Positions 8,330-17,588 of a stretch of 64,000 nt of DNA are shown in pieces. Source of the stretch: Acidimicrobiia bacterium (GTDB lineage: Bacteria; Actinomycetota; Acidimicrobiia; Spongiisociales; UBA5794); NCBI GenBank assembly GCA_051002015.1, contig JBPCMS010000012.1:1169-65168 (forward strand), written 5' to 3'. The number at the start of each line of letters is the position of its first letter. The stretch's first letter is position 1. The notes beneath the pieces are model-generated. The model did no database searches and was not told the origin of the DNA. It saw only the letters and a program-made list of their open reading frames with translations. The translations under genes and the position numbers were made by a program.

Positions 8330-9275
8330 GCTCCCCGAGGTCGAGACCACCAGGGCGTCGCTGGCACCGGTGCTGGTGGGGGCGGCCATCGTTCGGGTCG
8401 TCGTGCGGCGCGACCGGATGGTCCGCCACCAGGAGCAGCCCTCGGACTTCGCCGCCAGGATCATCGGGCGGACCATCCTCTCCGTGGGACGTACCGGCAA
8501 GTTCATCATCGCCGGCCTGTCCGACTCCGGTGGCCTGGCCGAGTCCGGTGGCCCGTCCGAGTCCGGTGGCCTGTCCGACTCCGGTGACCTGTCCGAGTCC
8601 GGTGGCCGACCGGGCTCCGGCGCCGGTGTCGGCGAGGCCACCATGCTGTGGGTGACCCACCTTGGGATGTCGGGTCGGGTCGCCCTGGCCGTCCCGGGCG
8701 AGCCCGAGGCCCCGCACACCAACGTGGTCGTCGCCATAGACGGGAATGCCGGACCGGTAGAGATGCGGCTGGTCGATCCCAGGACCTTCGGCTTCGTGTG
8801 GGCGCTCACCCCTGAGGAGCTGTCTGGCTCCACCCTTGCCCGTCTCGGGTGGGACGCCTACACCGCCCTGCCGAGGGCGCGGCGTCTCCTCGGCGCCTTG
8901 GCGGGCAGGACCGCCCCGATCAAGGCGCTGCTGCTCGACCAGCGGATCGTCTCCGGGCTGGGCAACATCTACGCAGACGAGGCGCTGTTCCGGGCCGGGA
9001 TCGACCCGAGGCGGCCGGGTGGGTCGCTCGACGTGGTCGAGGTGGGGAGGTTGCGTAGAGCGATCAAGGTGACGCTCGACGCCGGGCTGCGTTGGGGAGG
9101 CACCACCCTCGACGACCTGGCCTACCTGCTCCCCGACGGGCGTGCCGGCGACTTCACCAGGCGGCTCAAGGTCTACGGGCGAACCGGGGAGCCATGCCGC
9201 CGCTGCGGTACGCCCATCACCCGGATCGAGCTGCGGGGGAGAGGCACGCACTTCTGCCCGTCGTGCCAGAGTTGA
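8322..9275 (+). CDS. mutM: Formamidopyrimidine-DNA glycosylase (Fpg/MutM) with a repeat-encoded loop insertion
   Basis: Has the MPELPEVETTR N-terminus, H2TH and a C-terminal CxxC...CxxC zinc finger (CRRCGTPI...FCPSCQ). The start at ATG 8322 lies inside track ORF 8082..9275. Confidence 0.9.
   Translation: MPELPEVETTRASLAPVLVGAAIVRVVVRRDRMVRHQEQPSDFAARIIGRTILSVGRTGKFIIAGLSDSGGLAESGGPSESGGLSDSGDLSESGGRPGSGAGVGEATMLWVTHLGMSGRVALAVPGEPEAPHTNVVVAIDGNAGPVEMRLVDPRTFGFVWALTPEELSGSTLARLGWDAYTALPRARRLLGALAGRTAPIKALLLDQRIVSGLGNIYADEALFRAGIDPRRPGGSLDVVEVGRLRRAIKVTLDAGLRWGGTTLDDLAYLLPDGRAGDFTRRLKVYGRTGEPCRRCGTPITRIELRGRGTHFCPSCQS
8517..8624 (+). repeat. In-frame 18-nt tandem repeat (6 units, last degenerate) inside mutM
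   Basis: The units are ctgtccgactccggtggc / ctggccgagtccggtggc / ccgtccgagtccggtggc / ctgtccgactccggtgac / ctgtccgagtccggtggc / cgaccgggctccggcgcc. They encode LSDSGG LAESGG PSESGG LSDSGD LSESGG RPGSGA. Confidence 0.85.
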
Positions 9276-9292
9276 GGGATTCCAGTAACTTG

Positions 9293-9388
9293 AACCTGAG
9301 GTTCCAGGGTGTCGCCATGACACGTAATCCGCTGATGTTGAACCTGAGGTTGCTGGGTGTCGCCACGACACGTAATCCGCTGATGTTG
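9293..9388 (-). repeat. R48 interspersed repeat, 2 tandem 48-bp units (inverted orientation)
   Basis: The two units are aacctgaggttccagggtgtcgccatgacacgtaatccgctgatgttg and aacctgaggttgctgggtgtcgccacgacacgtaatccgctgatgttg. They begin 18 nt after the mutM stop. Confidence 0.85.
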
Positions 9389-9474
9389 GAGCGGGGAGCC
9401 GGATCTGCCAGGGCGCGGCCCTTGTGATCTGAATCCCAAGGATGTGATTCCACCCCGGGTATGCTCCCGCGGCT

Positions 9475-12400
9475 GTGCTGCTCAAGACATTGTCGCTCGC
9501 CGGGTTCAAGTCGTTCGCCACCCGGACCCGCCTCGAATTCGACCCGGGGGTGAACGTCGTGGTCGGGCCCAACGGGTCCGGTAAGTCGAACCTGCTCGAC
9601 GCCCTCGCCTGGGTGATGGGCACCCAGGCCACCAGCGCGCTGCGCACGGGACGGATGGAGGACGTCATCTTCGCCGGCACCGCCACCCGTCCCGCCCTGG
9701 GACGGGCCGAGGTGACGCTGACCTTCGACAACCGGGACCGCTTCCTGCCCCTCGACATCGACGAGCTGTCGATGACGCGCCGCCTGTTCCGCGACGGCGC
9801 ATCCGAGTACGAGCTGAACGGGACGCCCTGCCGGTTGCTCGACCTCCACGAGATCCTGTCCGACGGGGGCGTCGGTCGTCACCAGCACGTCCTCGTCAGC
9901 CAGGGGCAGATCGGCGAGATCCTCAGCGCCCGCCCCGACGAGCACCGCGCCGTCATCGAGGAGGCCGCGGGCATCACCAAGCACCGGGCGAGACGGGACC
10001 GCTCGGTGCGGCGGCTGGAGCAGACGGACATCGACGTCACCAGGCTCGGGGACATCCTCGGGGAGGAGCGCAGGCGGCTCCGCCCGCTGGAGCGCCAGGC
10101 CAAGGCGGCGCTCCGCCACGATTCGCTGCGGGCCGAGATCAGGGCGGTGCGGCTGTGGCTGGGGGGCGAGGAGCTGCGTCGGCTCGATTCCCGCCGGGAC
10201 CGGGCGACGGCGCAGCGGCACGGATCCGAGGAGGTCATCACCGCATCCGAGACCGAGCTGGCCGAACTGACCGGCTCGCTCGACCGGCTCCGCCGGTCCG
10301 CCGGCGAGGTGGGACGGCTGCTCGAGGTGGACACGGCGGCGGCGGCGCGACTGGAGACCGCGGTCGAGCGGTTCGCGCGCATCGCCACCGTTGCCAGGGA
10401 ACGACGCCGGGCGATGCAGAGCCGGATCGACGGCGCCGACGAGCGCCGGCGGGATGTCACCGACGAGCACCACAGCATGGTCGAGGACCTGGCCGAGCTG
10501 GAGCGGATCGACCCGGAGGCGAGGGCGGCCGCCGAGCGCGCCGAGACCGAGTTCCAGACGCTCGAGGACGAGGAGCGCACCTTGGCCGAGCAGGCACGGC
10601 TCCCCGCCGAGGGCGTTGTCGCCAACCTGCGTGGCGATCTGCGCTCGTTGGAGATCGCCGCCGACCGCGATCGTAAGGAGCACGAAGGCGTGGTGCGAAG
10701 GCGCCAGCTGGTGACCTCCCGCCTCGATCAGGAGCGGACGGAGTCGGACACGATCGTGTCCGAGATCCAGGAGATCGACGCCGCAGCCGGCGAAGCACGG
10801 GACGTGTTCGAGGCCGCCTCCGCCCGCCGCCAGCGTGACCAGGACGAGGCCGAGGCCGCCATGGAGCGCGCCGCCGAGGCGCGGCTCACCCTGTCCGAGG
10901 CGAGGGCGCGGGTCGAGGCATTCGAGACGGCCCTGCACGGGACCGGCGATTCCGAGGCGCGGCTGGTCGCCGAGGAAGCCGCCGGTGTGGTGGGGCCGCT
11001 GGTGGCGAGGCTGGATGTGCCCGTCGACATCGCCGCCGCCGTCGACGCCGCCCTGGCGCAGTGGTCGGTGGCGTTGGTGGCGACCGATCCCGGTGCCCTC
11101 CGCGACGTCACCGGTCACCTCAAGTCGTCCGGCCTGGGTGGGGTCAGCCTGGTGATCGGCCACCGCTACCCGGTCGAGGCTCCGGCCCGGCCGGTAGCCG
11201 CCGAATGGGGTGCGGACGCCCTGGTCGATCTGCTCGGGTCGAGGGCGGATCAGGCGCTGGCGACCCGGCTGCTCGGCGACGTGGTCGTGGTCGAGGGATG
11301 GGCGGCGGCATGGCAGCTGATCGAGAAGCACCCAGCCCTGCGGGCGGTTACGCCCGAGGGCGACGTGGTGTCGGTCCACGGGTTGCGGCTGGCCGAGGCG
11401 GACGGCGCCGGTCAGGCCAGGCTCGAGGCAGCCAGGGTGGACGTCGAGCGGGCCGACCGGGAGGCGGCACGGGCGGCCAGCCTGCGGACGAGCACCGGGC
11501 GGGCGCTGGAGGTCGCCCGCCAGGCCGAGGAAACGTCCCGGGCAACCCTGGAGCGGCTCGAGGCACGGCTCGGTGGCCTCAGCGAGACGATCGCTCTCAA
11601 CGGGAGGGCCCGGGCGGAGCGTGAGGCGGAGGTCGCCCGGCTCGATGATCGGCGTCGGGCGCTGGCCGAGGCCGATGCCGCTCGGGCGGTCCGCATCGCC
11701 CAGACCAGGGACCGGCTCACCGAGTTCGACGGGGAGGAACGGCAGCGTCAGGAGGCGTGGGAGGCGATCAACGCCCGCCGCGCCGAGGTCGCCCGACTGC
11801 GCGATCGGGCCAGACGCAGCCGGGAGGATGCCGCCGCCACCGTCGCCGGCAACGAGGAGCGGCGCCGTCTGCTCACCGACCGACTCGGAGCGCTCGGCGC
11901 CGAGTTGGAGCGACTCGACCCCATTCCGGTCGATCCCGCCGCCATCGACCGGCTAACCCAGATCGAGGCATGGGCGGCGACGGCGGGGACCGAGAGCCGC
12001 CGGCACATCGAGGAGCTGCGCGGCCGCCAGCGCGATCTGCGGCTCCAATCCACCTCAGCCGACGAGGCACTCCAGGGTGCAAACCACCGCCAGCGTGAGG
12101 TGGAGCGGGGGCTGAGCGCCGCCAGGGAACGGGTCTCGGCGCGAGCGGTCGAGCTCGCCGAGATCAGGGTCACCCGCCAGGCGCGCATCGAGGCGCTGCG
12201 CCGCGAGGCCGATGCCGAGGAGGGTGAGGCGCTGGCCGCATCCCGGCCCGATGTCGACGGCGACGCCGACCTCGATACCGTGCTCGCCGGCCGGGAGGCG
12301 GAGCTGCGCCGGATGGGCTTGATCAACCCGCTCGCCGCCGCCGAGTACGAGGACCTGTCCGCTCACGTCAGACTGCTCGACGGCCAGCTCGCCGACCTCG

Positions 12401-12915
12401 AGGAGTCCCGCTCCGAGCTGCGCAAGGTCATTGCCGCTCTCGACGCCGAGATGGCGGTGCTGTTCGCCGGGGCGTTCGAGGAGATCTCCGAGCTGTTCAC
12501 CGAGAACTTCGCCCTGGTGTTCCCCGGCGGCAAGGGCAGGATCCGGCTCACCGACCCGGAGCGGCCGCTGGAGACCGGGGTCGAGCTGGAGGCGCAACCG
12601 AGAGGCAAGAAGGTGGGCAGGTTGTCGCTGCTGTCCGGCGGAGAGCGCTCCCTGGCCGCCCTCGCCTTCCTCTTCGCCGTCTTTCGGGCCCGCCCCAGCC
12701 CCTTCTATGTCCTGGACGAGGTGGAGGCGGCGCTCGACGACCCCAACCTGCGTCGGTTCCTGAGGCTGGTCGACACCCTGCGCGAGTCTGCCCAGCTGGT
12801 CATCATCACCCACCAGCAGCAGACAATGGAGGCGGCCGACCTGCTCTACGGCGTCACCATGGAGCCGGGTGAGTCCTCCAAGGTGGTCAGCAAGCGCTTT
12901 TCTCACCAGTTCTGA
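9475..12915 (+). CDS. smc: Chromosome segregation protein SMC
   Basis: Has an N-terminal Walker A (GPNGSGKSN), long coiled coils, a hinge, and a C-terminal LSGGE signature with Walker B (YVLDEVEAALD). Confidence 0.93.
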   Translation: MLLKTLSLAGFKSFATRTRLEFDPGVNVVVGPNGSGKSNLLDALAWVMGTQATSALRTGRMEDVIFAGTATRPALGRAEVTLTFDNRDRFLPLDIDELSMTRRLFRDGASEYELNGTPCRLLDLHEILSDGGVGRHQHVLVSQGQIGEILSARPDEHRAVIEEAAGITKHRARRDRSVRRLEQTDIDVTRLGDILGEERRRLRPLERQAKAALRHDSLRAEIRAVRLWLGGEELRRLDSRRDRATAQRHGSEEVITASETELAELTGSLDRLRRSAGEVGRLLEVDTAAAARLETAVERFARIATVARERRRAMQSRIDGADERRRDVTDEHHSMVEDLAELERIDPEARAAAERAETEFQTLEDEERTLAEQARLPAEGVVANLRGDLRSLEIAADRDRKEHEGVVRRRQLVTSRLDQERTESDTIVSEIQEIDAAAGEARDVFEAASARRQRDQDEAEAAMERAAEARLTLSEARARVEAFETALHGTGDSEARLVAEEAAGVVGPLVARLDVPVDIAAAVDAALAQWSVALVATDPGALRDVTGHLKSSGLGGVSLVIGHRYPVEAPARPVAAEWGADALVDLLGSRADQALATRLLGDVVVVEGWAAAWQLIEKHPALRAVTPEGDVVSVHGLRLAEADGAGQARLEAARVDVERADREAARAASLRTSTGRALEVARQAEETSRATLERLEARLGGLSETIALNGRARAEREAEVARLDDRRRALAEADAARAVRIAQTRDRLTEFDGEERQRQEAWEAINARRAEVARLRDRARRSREDAAATVAGNEERRRLLTDRLGALGAELERLDPIPVDPAAIDRLTQIEAWAATAGTESRRHIEELRGRQRDLRLQSTSADEALQGANHRQREVERGLSAARERVSARAVELAEIRVTRQARIEALRREADAEEGEALAASRPDVDGDADLDTVLAGREAELRRMGLINPLAAAEYEDLSAHVRLLDGQLADLEESRSELRKVIAALDAEMAVLFAGAFEEISELFTENFALVFPGGKGRIRLTDPERPLETGVELEAQPRGKKVGRLSLLSGGERSLAALAFLFAVFRARPSPFYVLDEVEAALDDPNLRRFLRLVDTLRESAQLVIITHQQQTMEAADLLYGVTMEPGESSKVVSKRFSHQF

Positions 12916-12967
12916 CGCATCTCCGGCGGGCGATGAGCGTTGGGGTGATGGAGCTACGATCGCCGCA

Positions 12968-14008
12968 ATGGATGCGATCGTCATCGCTCTCGTCGCCGGG
13001 GTCGTGCTCCTCACCGTGGTCGGCGTTTTCGTGGTACGCCGCCGGTCGCCGGGACCGCCACCGCTGGGTCGACCGGACGTTACGACGACGGGGCCGGGCC
13101 GGGGCGCCACCAAGACCGCTCCGGCGGATTCGCTCCGCAACCGGTTGGGCCGGACAAGGCTTGGGCTGGCCGAGCGTCTGTCCGGCCTTCTCGGGAGCGG
13201 GCAGCTCGACGCCAACTTCTGGTCCGAGCTCGAGGACACCCTGGTCGCAGCCGACCTCGGGGTCGCCACCGCATCGGACCTGGTGCGGCGGGTCCGCGCC
13301 TCCCGGCCCGACGACGGGGCCGGAGCCCGCATCGAGCTTGAGCGGGCGCTGGTGGACGCCCTTGCCGGAAAGGACCGCCGGCTCCACCTCGACGGCAAGC
13401 CTGCGGTGGTGCTCGTGGTCGGGGTCAACGGCACCGGGAAAACCACGTCGATCGCCAAGCTCGCCTCCCATCTGGGTGCCAACGGGTCCACGGTCCTCCT
13501 CGGGGCGGCCGACACCTTCCGCGCCGCCGCCGTCGAGCAGCTCCGCACCTGGGGGGCTCGGGCCGGGGTCGAAGTGGTGTCGGCGGCGGAGGGCACCGAC
13601 CCGGCCTCGGTGGCCTTCGACGCCTACCGGACGGCGAGGGCCGCCGGGGCCGACACGGTCATCGTCGACACCGCCGGGCGGCTGCACTCCAAGACCAACC
13701 TGATGGCCGAGCTGGGCAAGGTGGCCAAGGTGCTGCGGCGCGAGGCCGGTTCCATCGACGAGGTGCTACTGGTGATCGACGGAACCACCGGTCAGAACGC
13801 CGTCGAGCAGGCTCGTATCTTCACCGAGGCGGTGGGGGTCAGTGGGATCGTGGTCACCAAGCTCGACGGCACTTCTCGCGGCGGGATGGCGGTGGCGGTG
13901 GAGCGGGAGCTGGGGGTGCCGGTCAAGTTCATCGGGGTCGGCGAGGAGATGGGCGACCTCGTCCCGTTCGAGCCCGAGGCGTTCGTCGACGCCTTGCTGG
14001 GCGCATGA
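12968..14008 (+). CDS. ftsY: Signal recognition particle receptor FtsY (N-terminal TM anchor)
   Basis: The NG domain shows GVNGTGKTTSIAKL, DTAGR and TKLDG motifs. ATG 12968 (MDAIVIALVAGVVLL...) lies downstream of the smc stop; track start 12869 overlaps smc. Confidence 0.9.
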   Translation: MDAIVIALVAGVVLLTVVGVFVVRRRSPGPPPLGRPDVTTTGPGRGATKTAPADSLRNRLGRTRLGLAERLSGLLGSGQLDANFWSELEDTLVAADLGVATASDLVRRVRASRPDDGAGARIELERALVDALAGKDRRLHLDGKPAVVLVVGVNGTGKTTSIAKLASHLGANGSTVLLGAADTFRAAAVEQLRTWGARAGVEVVSAAEGTDPASVAFDAYRTARAAGADTVIVDTAGRLHSKTNLMAELGKVAKVLRREAGSIDEVLLVIDGTTGQNAVEQARIFTEAVGVSGIVVTKLDGTSRGGMAVAVERELGVPVKFIGVGEEMGDLVPFEPEAFVDALLGA

Positions 14009-14421
14009 GCCGGACCCCGCCGCCCACCGAGGCCGAGGCGGGCGCGTTGCTCGACCACGCCCGCCGGGTGGCGGGCCAGGCCTACGCCCCCTACTCCCGG
14101 TTCCGGGTGGGCGCCGTCGCCGTGGTCGGCGAAGGGCTGTACGAGGGGGTCAACGTCGAGAACGCCGCATTCGGAAGCACGATCTGCGCCGAGGCCAATG
14201 CCCTCACCACGGCGGCGACCGCCGGGGTGCGTCGAGTGCCCGTCATCGCCGTTGGCTGTCTCGACGCCGACGAGTGCACCCCGTGCGGCAACTGCCGCCA
14301 GATAATGTGCGAGTTCTCCGTCGAGTGGATCGTCTTCCAGGGCCCGGGCGGCAGGGTCCGGCTCTCCCGACTCGACGACCTTCTCCCCGAATCGTTTGGT
14401 CCCGGGAGCCTGCCGGGTTAG
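14005..14421 (+). CDS. cdd: Cytidine deaminase
   Basis: Contains CAE (ICAEANAL) and PCGNCRQ zinc-binding motifs. ATGA overlap with ftsY. Confidence 0.85.
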   Translation: MSRTPPPTEAEAGALLDHARRVAGQAYAPYSRFRVGAVAVVGEGLYEGVNVENAAFGSTICAEANALTTAATAGVRRVPVIAVGCLDADECTPCGNCRQIMCEFSVEWIVFQGPGGRVRLSRLDDLLPESFGPGSLPG

Positions 14422-14436
14422 CCGGCAAGCCGGCCC

Positions 14437-14670
14437 CTACCTGGGTGGGAGCACCTGGTCGACGGCACTGGCGAGGGTGTCGGGGAGGACGTTGCCTTCG
14501 ATGGCGATCATGGCGTCGCCGACGATGCCCCAGGCGTGGAGGGGGGACATGATGCCGATCACCAGGTCGTGGCCGCCCGCGGTGGTGGCGAACACGGATA
14601 CGGTGTCGGATTCGCTGGTCACGCCGCGGTGGAGCGGGTCTGTCCAGTCTGCGGCGGTGGCGACCGCCAC
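14437..14670 (-). CDS. Hypothetical protein (77 aa), no family recognised
   Basis: By my codon-by-codon reading, roughly nine of every ten third positions are G/C, and the amino-acid composition is balanced. The overlapping + strand ORF 14396..14707 looks like a shadow frame. Confidence 0.45.
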   Translation of the reverse strand: MAVATAADWTDPLHRGVTSESDTVSVFATTAGGHDLVIGIMSPLHAWGIVGDAMIAIEGNVLPDTLASAVDQVLPPR

Positions 14671-14753
14671 CGTGCTCGGCTTCGTCGCCGGCTACCTGCT
14701 CTCGTAGCGGATCAGAACGATCGCGCCGCCGACCGTGGCCCGGCGATCCGCTT

Positions 14754-14801
14754 CAACATCAGCGGATCACGTGTCGTGGCGACACACAGGGACCTCAGGT
14801 T
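14754..14801 (+). repeat. R48 interspersed repeat, single unit
   Basis: The unit is caacatcagcggatcacgtgtcgtggcgacacacagggacctcaggtt, preceded by the ggcgatccgctt flank that is also seen at 18079-18090. It ends 9 nt from the etfA stop codon. Confidence 0.8.
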
Positions 14802-14809
14802 CGGCGGAC

Positions 14810-15754
14810 TCAGCGGGCTTCGAGGGCTTCGATGAGGGCGGGGATCACCTTGTGGACGTCGCCGATGATGCCGAGATCGGCGACACCGAAGATGGGGGCG
14901 TCCTTGTCCTTGTTGACGGCGATGATGGTCGACGAGTCCTTCATCCCCACCAGGTGCTGCATGGCGCCCGATATGCCGCAGGCGATGTACACCGTGGGCT
15001 TGACCGTCTTGCCGGTCTGCCCCACCTGATGGCTGTAGGGCACCCATCCGGCGTCGACCACTGCCCTGGTCGCACCGGCGGCGCCGCCCAGCAGCCTGGC
15101 CAGCCGCTCCACCATCTCGAACCTGGCCGGGTCGCCCAGCCCGCGCCCGCCGGAGACGACCACCTTGGCCGACTCCAGGTCCGGTCCCTCGCTCGTCTCG
15201 GTGTGTCGCTCGGTGATGGTGACGCCGCCGGCACCCCCCACGTCCGGTGCGGCGACGGCGCTGACCGCTGGGCTGGTCTCGCCGCCCGGCTCGGCCGGGT
15301 AGGCCTTCGGACGGGAGATCACGATGGCGGGGGTGTCGGCGGTTGTCGTCACCCGCTGGGTGCCGCCCAGGATCTCGTTCACCACCGTCGGGGTCCCGCC
15401 GGCCAGCTCGACGTCGACGGCATTGGCCAGCACCGGCCTGCCCAGCCGTGCGGAGAGGCGCCCGGCCACGTCGCGGTCGACGTTCCCCATCCCGAACAAC
15501 ACCAGGGAAGCTCCGGTCGAGCCGACCAGCTCGGCCAGCGCCGCCGCCGCTTCCGCCGTGGGCAGGGCGTGGTCGGTGTCGAGGTGGTGGACCCTGGTGG
15601 CCCCGTGCCGCCCCAGCGCCTCGACGGTGGCATCGTCGAGCGGTCCGACGTGGAAGACGTCGACCTCGCCCCATTGGCGCGCCTTGGTCAGCGCCTCCAG
15701 CGTCGCCGAGGAGTGCTCGTCGCCGGTACCGTCGGAGAAGATCAGCACCGCCAT
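14810..15754 (-). CDS. etfA: Electron transfer flavoprotein alpha subunit
   Basis: [13 protein letters not shown]... and a C-terminal FAD-binding motif ([16 protein letters not shown]). ATG 15754 lies 1 nt after the etfB stop; the track ORF is extended to 15892. Confidence 0.9.
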   Translation of the reverse strand: MAVLIFSDGTGDEHSSATLEALTKARQWGEVDVFHVGPLDDATVEALGRHGATRVHHLDTDHALPTAEAAAALAELVGSTGASLVLFGMGNVDRDVAGRLSARLGRPVLANAVDVELAGGTPTVVNEILGGTQRVTTTADTPAIVISRPKAYPAEPGGETSPAVSAVAAPDVGGAGGVTITERHTETSEGPDLESAKVVVSGGRGLGDPARFEMVERLARLLGGAAGATRAVVDAGWVPYSHQVGQTGKTVKPTVYIACGISGAMQHLVGMKDSSTIIAVNKDKDAPIFGVADLGIIGDVHKVIPALIEALEAR

Positions 15755-15755
15755 C

Positions 15756-16520
15756 TCACACCACCTTCCGTTGCTCGAGTAGGGCGAGGATGCGCAGATG
15801 GGCCTCGCCGTCGTCCTCGATGATCTCTCCGGCCTGGCGGGCCGCCACCGGCTCCACCCCGGTGATGGTCTGGGCCGAGGAGACCCCGACACCCAGATCC
15901 GCCACGGTCAGGGTCTCCACCGGCCTGGACTTGGCCGCCATGATCCCCTTGAAGCTGGGGTAGCGGGGTTCCACCGACCCCGCGGTGACCGAGAGCAGCA
16001 CCGGGGTCGCCGCCTCGACCACGTCGTATCCGGCGGCGGTCTGGCGCTCGATCCGGATCCCGTCGGCCGTTTTCTCCACCTTGCGGGCGAAGGTCAGCGC
16101 CGGGACCCCGAGCAGCTCGGCGATCTGCTGGGGCACCACCCCGCTGTAGCCGTCGGTCGACTCGGTGCCGGCCACCACCACGTCGAAGCCGCTGCGGGCG
16201 ATGGCGGCGGCGAGGACCCGGGCGGTGAGCAGCGCCTCGGCCCCCCGCAGCGAGGGGTCGTCGACGACGACGGCGCCGTCTGCGCCCATCGACAGCGCCT
16301 GCCGGATGCCCTGCATCGAGCCGGACGGTCCCATGGAGAACACGATGACGGTGGCATCCTCACCGGCGGCGGCGGCGAGCTGCAGCCCGACCTCGATCCC
16401 GTAGCGGTCGGTGTCGTCGAGGACCTGGTCGTTGGGTCGCACCACGAAGTGGGTGGATGGATCCAGGGCGTATGGGGTCGCCGGATCGGGGATCTGTTTG
16501 ACGCAAACGGCGATCTTCAT
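15756..16520 (-). CDS. etfB: Electron transfer flavoprotein beta subunit
   Basis: MKIAVCVKQIPDPATP... is an ETF-beta signature. Confidence 0.9.
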   Translation of the reverse strand: MKIAVCVKQIPDPATPYALDPSTHFVVRPNDQVLDDTDRYGIEVGLQLAAAAGEDATVIVFSMGPSGSMQGIRQALSMGADGAVVVDDPSLRGAEALLTARVLAAAIARSGFDVVVAGTESTDGYSGVVPQQIAELLGVPALTFARKVEKTADGIRIERQTAAGYDVVEAATPVLLSVTAGSVEPRYPSFKGIMAAKSRPVETLTVADLGVGVSSAQTITGVEPVAARQAGEIIEDDGEAHLRILALLEQRKVV

Positions 16521-16594
16521 CGGACTCCTGTTCGACCGGTTCGAGCGATGTTGCCAGACGTGGCCCGGCTATTCCAATCTGGACCTGGACGCCC

Positions 16595-16717
16595 CGACCG
16601 GTGAGCCGTGGCCCGTCCATAGCGTCGGTTTCCGGCTCATCGGTGCGGTGGCCTGCGACCGGTGAGCCGTGGAGCGTCTACAGCGTCGGTTTTCGGCTCA
16701 TCGGTGCGGTTGATAGC
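16595..16717 (+). repeat. 61-nt tandem duplication (2 units), each forming an 11-bp hairpin with a G-U pair on the + strand
   Basis: Unit 1 runs from 16595 and unit 2 from 16656 (cgaccggtgagccgtgg...cggctcatcggtgcggt). The hairpin arms are ccggtgagccg/cggctcatcgg at 16598-16643 and 16659-16704. Confidence 0.8.
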
Positions 16718-16762
16718 GGCGCCCGCCGGGTTCCGGGAAACGGCAGCGCCTATCGTGCCCCG

Positions 16763-17554
16763 ATGAGCGACACCACCAGCAACCGCCAATACCACATCGG
16801 CTTCGGGGCGGACGACCTGCCCTCGGGCACCTCGACCGCCCTGCTCTCCGGCGACCCGGCGCGCTCCGAGCTGATCGCCACCGAGCACCTCGGCGATCCC
16901 ATGGTGCTTGCCCGCAACCGCGGCCTCGACGCTTTCGTCGCACGGCTCCCCGGGGGCTCGCCGGTGGTGTGCGCCACCAGCGGGATGGGGGCGCCGTCGC
17001 TGAGCATCGTGGTCAACGAGCTGGTGCAGACCGGGATCCGCACCGTGATCCGGGTGGGTACCGCCGGCTCGATCCAGGACCACGTACGCGTCGGCTCGGT
17101 GGTCGTCGCCCTAGGTGCCCTGACCAACCAGGGGGCGGCCGACGACATCGCCCCACCGCAGTTCCCCGCCGCCGCCGACCCCTTCCTCACCGTCGCCCTG
17201 GCGGCTGCGGCCACCGAGCTGGGCATCGACCACCACGTCGGGGTGATGGCGTCGACCGACACCTTCTTCGAGGGCCAGGAACGGTCGACGTCGTCGGCCA
17301 ACACGCACCTCCTGCGCCGGTTGCGGGGGAGCATCGACGAGTACCAGGAGCTGGGCATCCTCAACTTCGAGATGGAAGCGGGGACCCTGTTCAAGATGGG
17401 CCTGGTCTACCGCTTTCACGCCGGATGCGTGTGCGGCATCATTGCCGAGCGCTCGGAAGACGAGCGGCCTCGCATCGAGGAGAAGGACGCCGCCGTCGAT
17501 CGGGCGATCCGGGTCGCCGTCACCGCCGCGAACGCCTGGTCCACCTCGAACTGA
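16763..17554 (+). CDS. Nucleoside phosphorylase, PNP/UDP family 1 (uridine phosphorylase-like)
   Basis: Contains ...ATSGMGAPSLSIVVNELVQTGIRTVIRVGTAGS... and ...NFEMEAGTLF.... ATG 16763 (MSDTTSNRQYHIG) was chosen because the track N-terminus (16601-) is built from the tandem repeat. Confidence 0.8.
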   Translation: MSDTTSNRQYHIGFGADDLPSGTSTALLSGDPARSELIATEHLGDPMVLARNRGLDAFVARLPGGSPVVCATSGMGAPSLSIVVNELVQTGIRTVIRVGTAGSIQDHVRVGSVVVALGALTNQGAADDIAPPQFPAAADPFLTVALAAAATELGIDHHVGVMASTDTFFEGQERSTSSANTHLLRRLRGSIDEYQELGILNFEMEAGTLFKMGLVYRFHAGCVCGIIAERSEDERPRIEEKDAAVDRAIRVAVTAANAWSTSN

Positions 17555-17588
17555 TGCCCGCACCCCCGGCGGGTCCCCGGTCGCCGAT

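Noticed and set aside
16601-16762. N-terminal 54-aa extension of the nucleoside phosphorylase ORF as given in the track.
   Set aside because: The extension is translated from the 61-nt tandem repeat, whose period is not a multiple of 3; the same peptide appears in two different frames. The conserved protein begins at ATG 16763.
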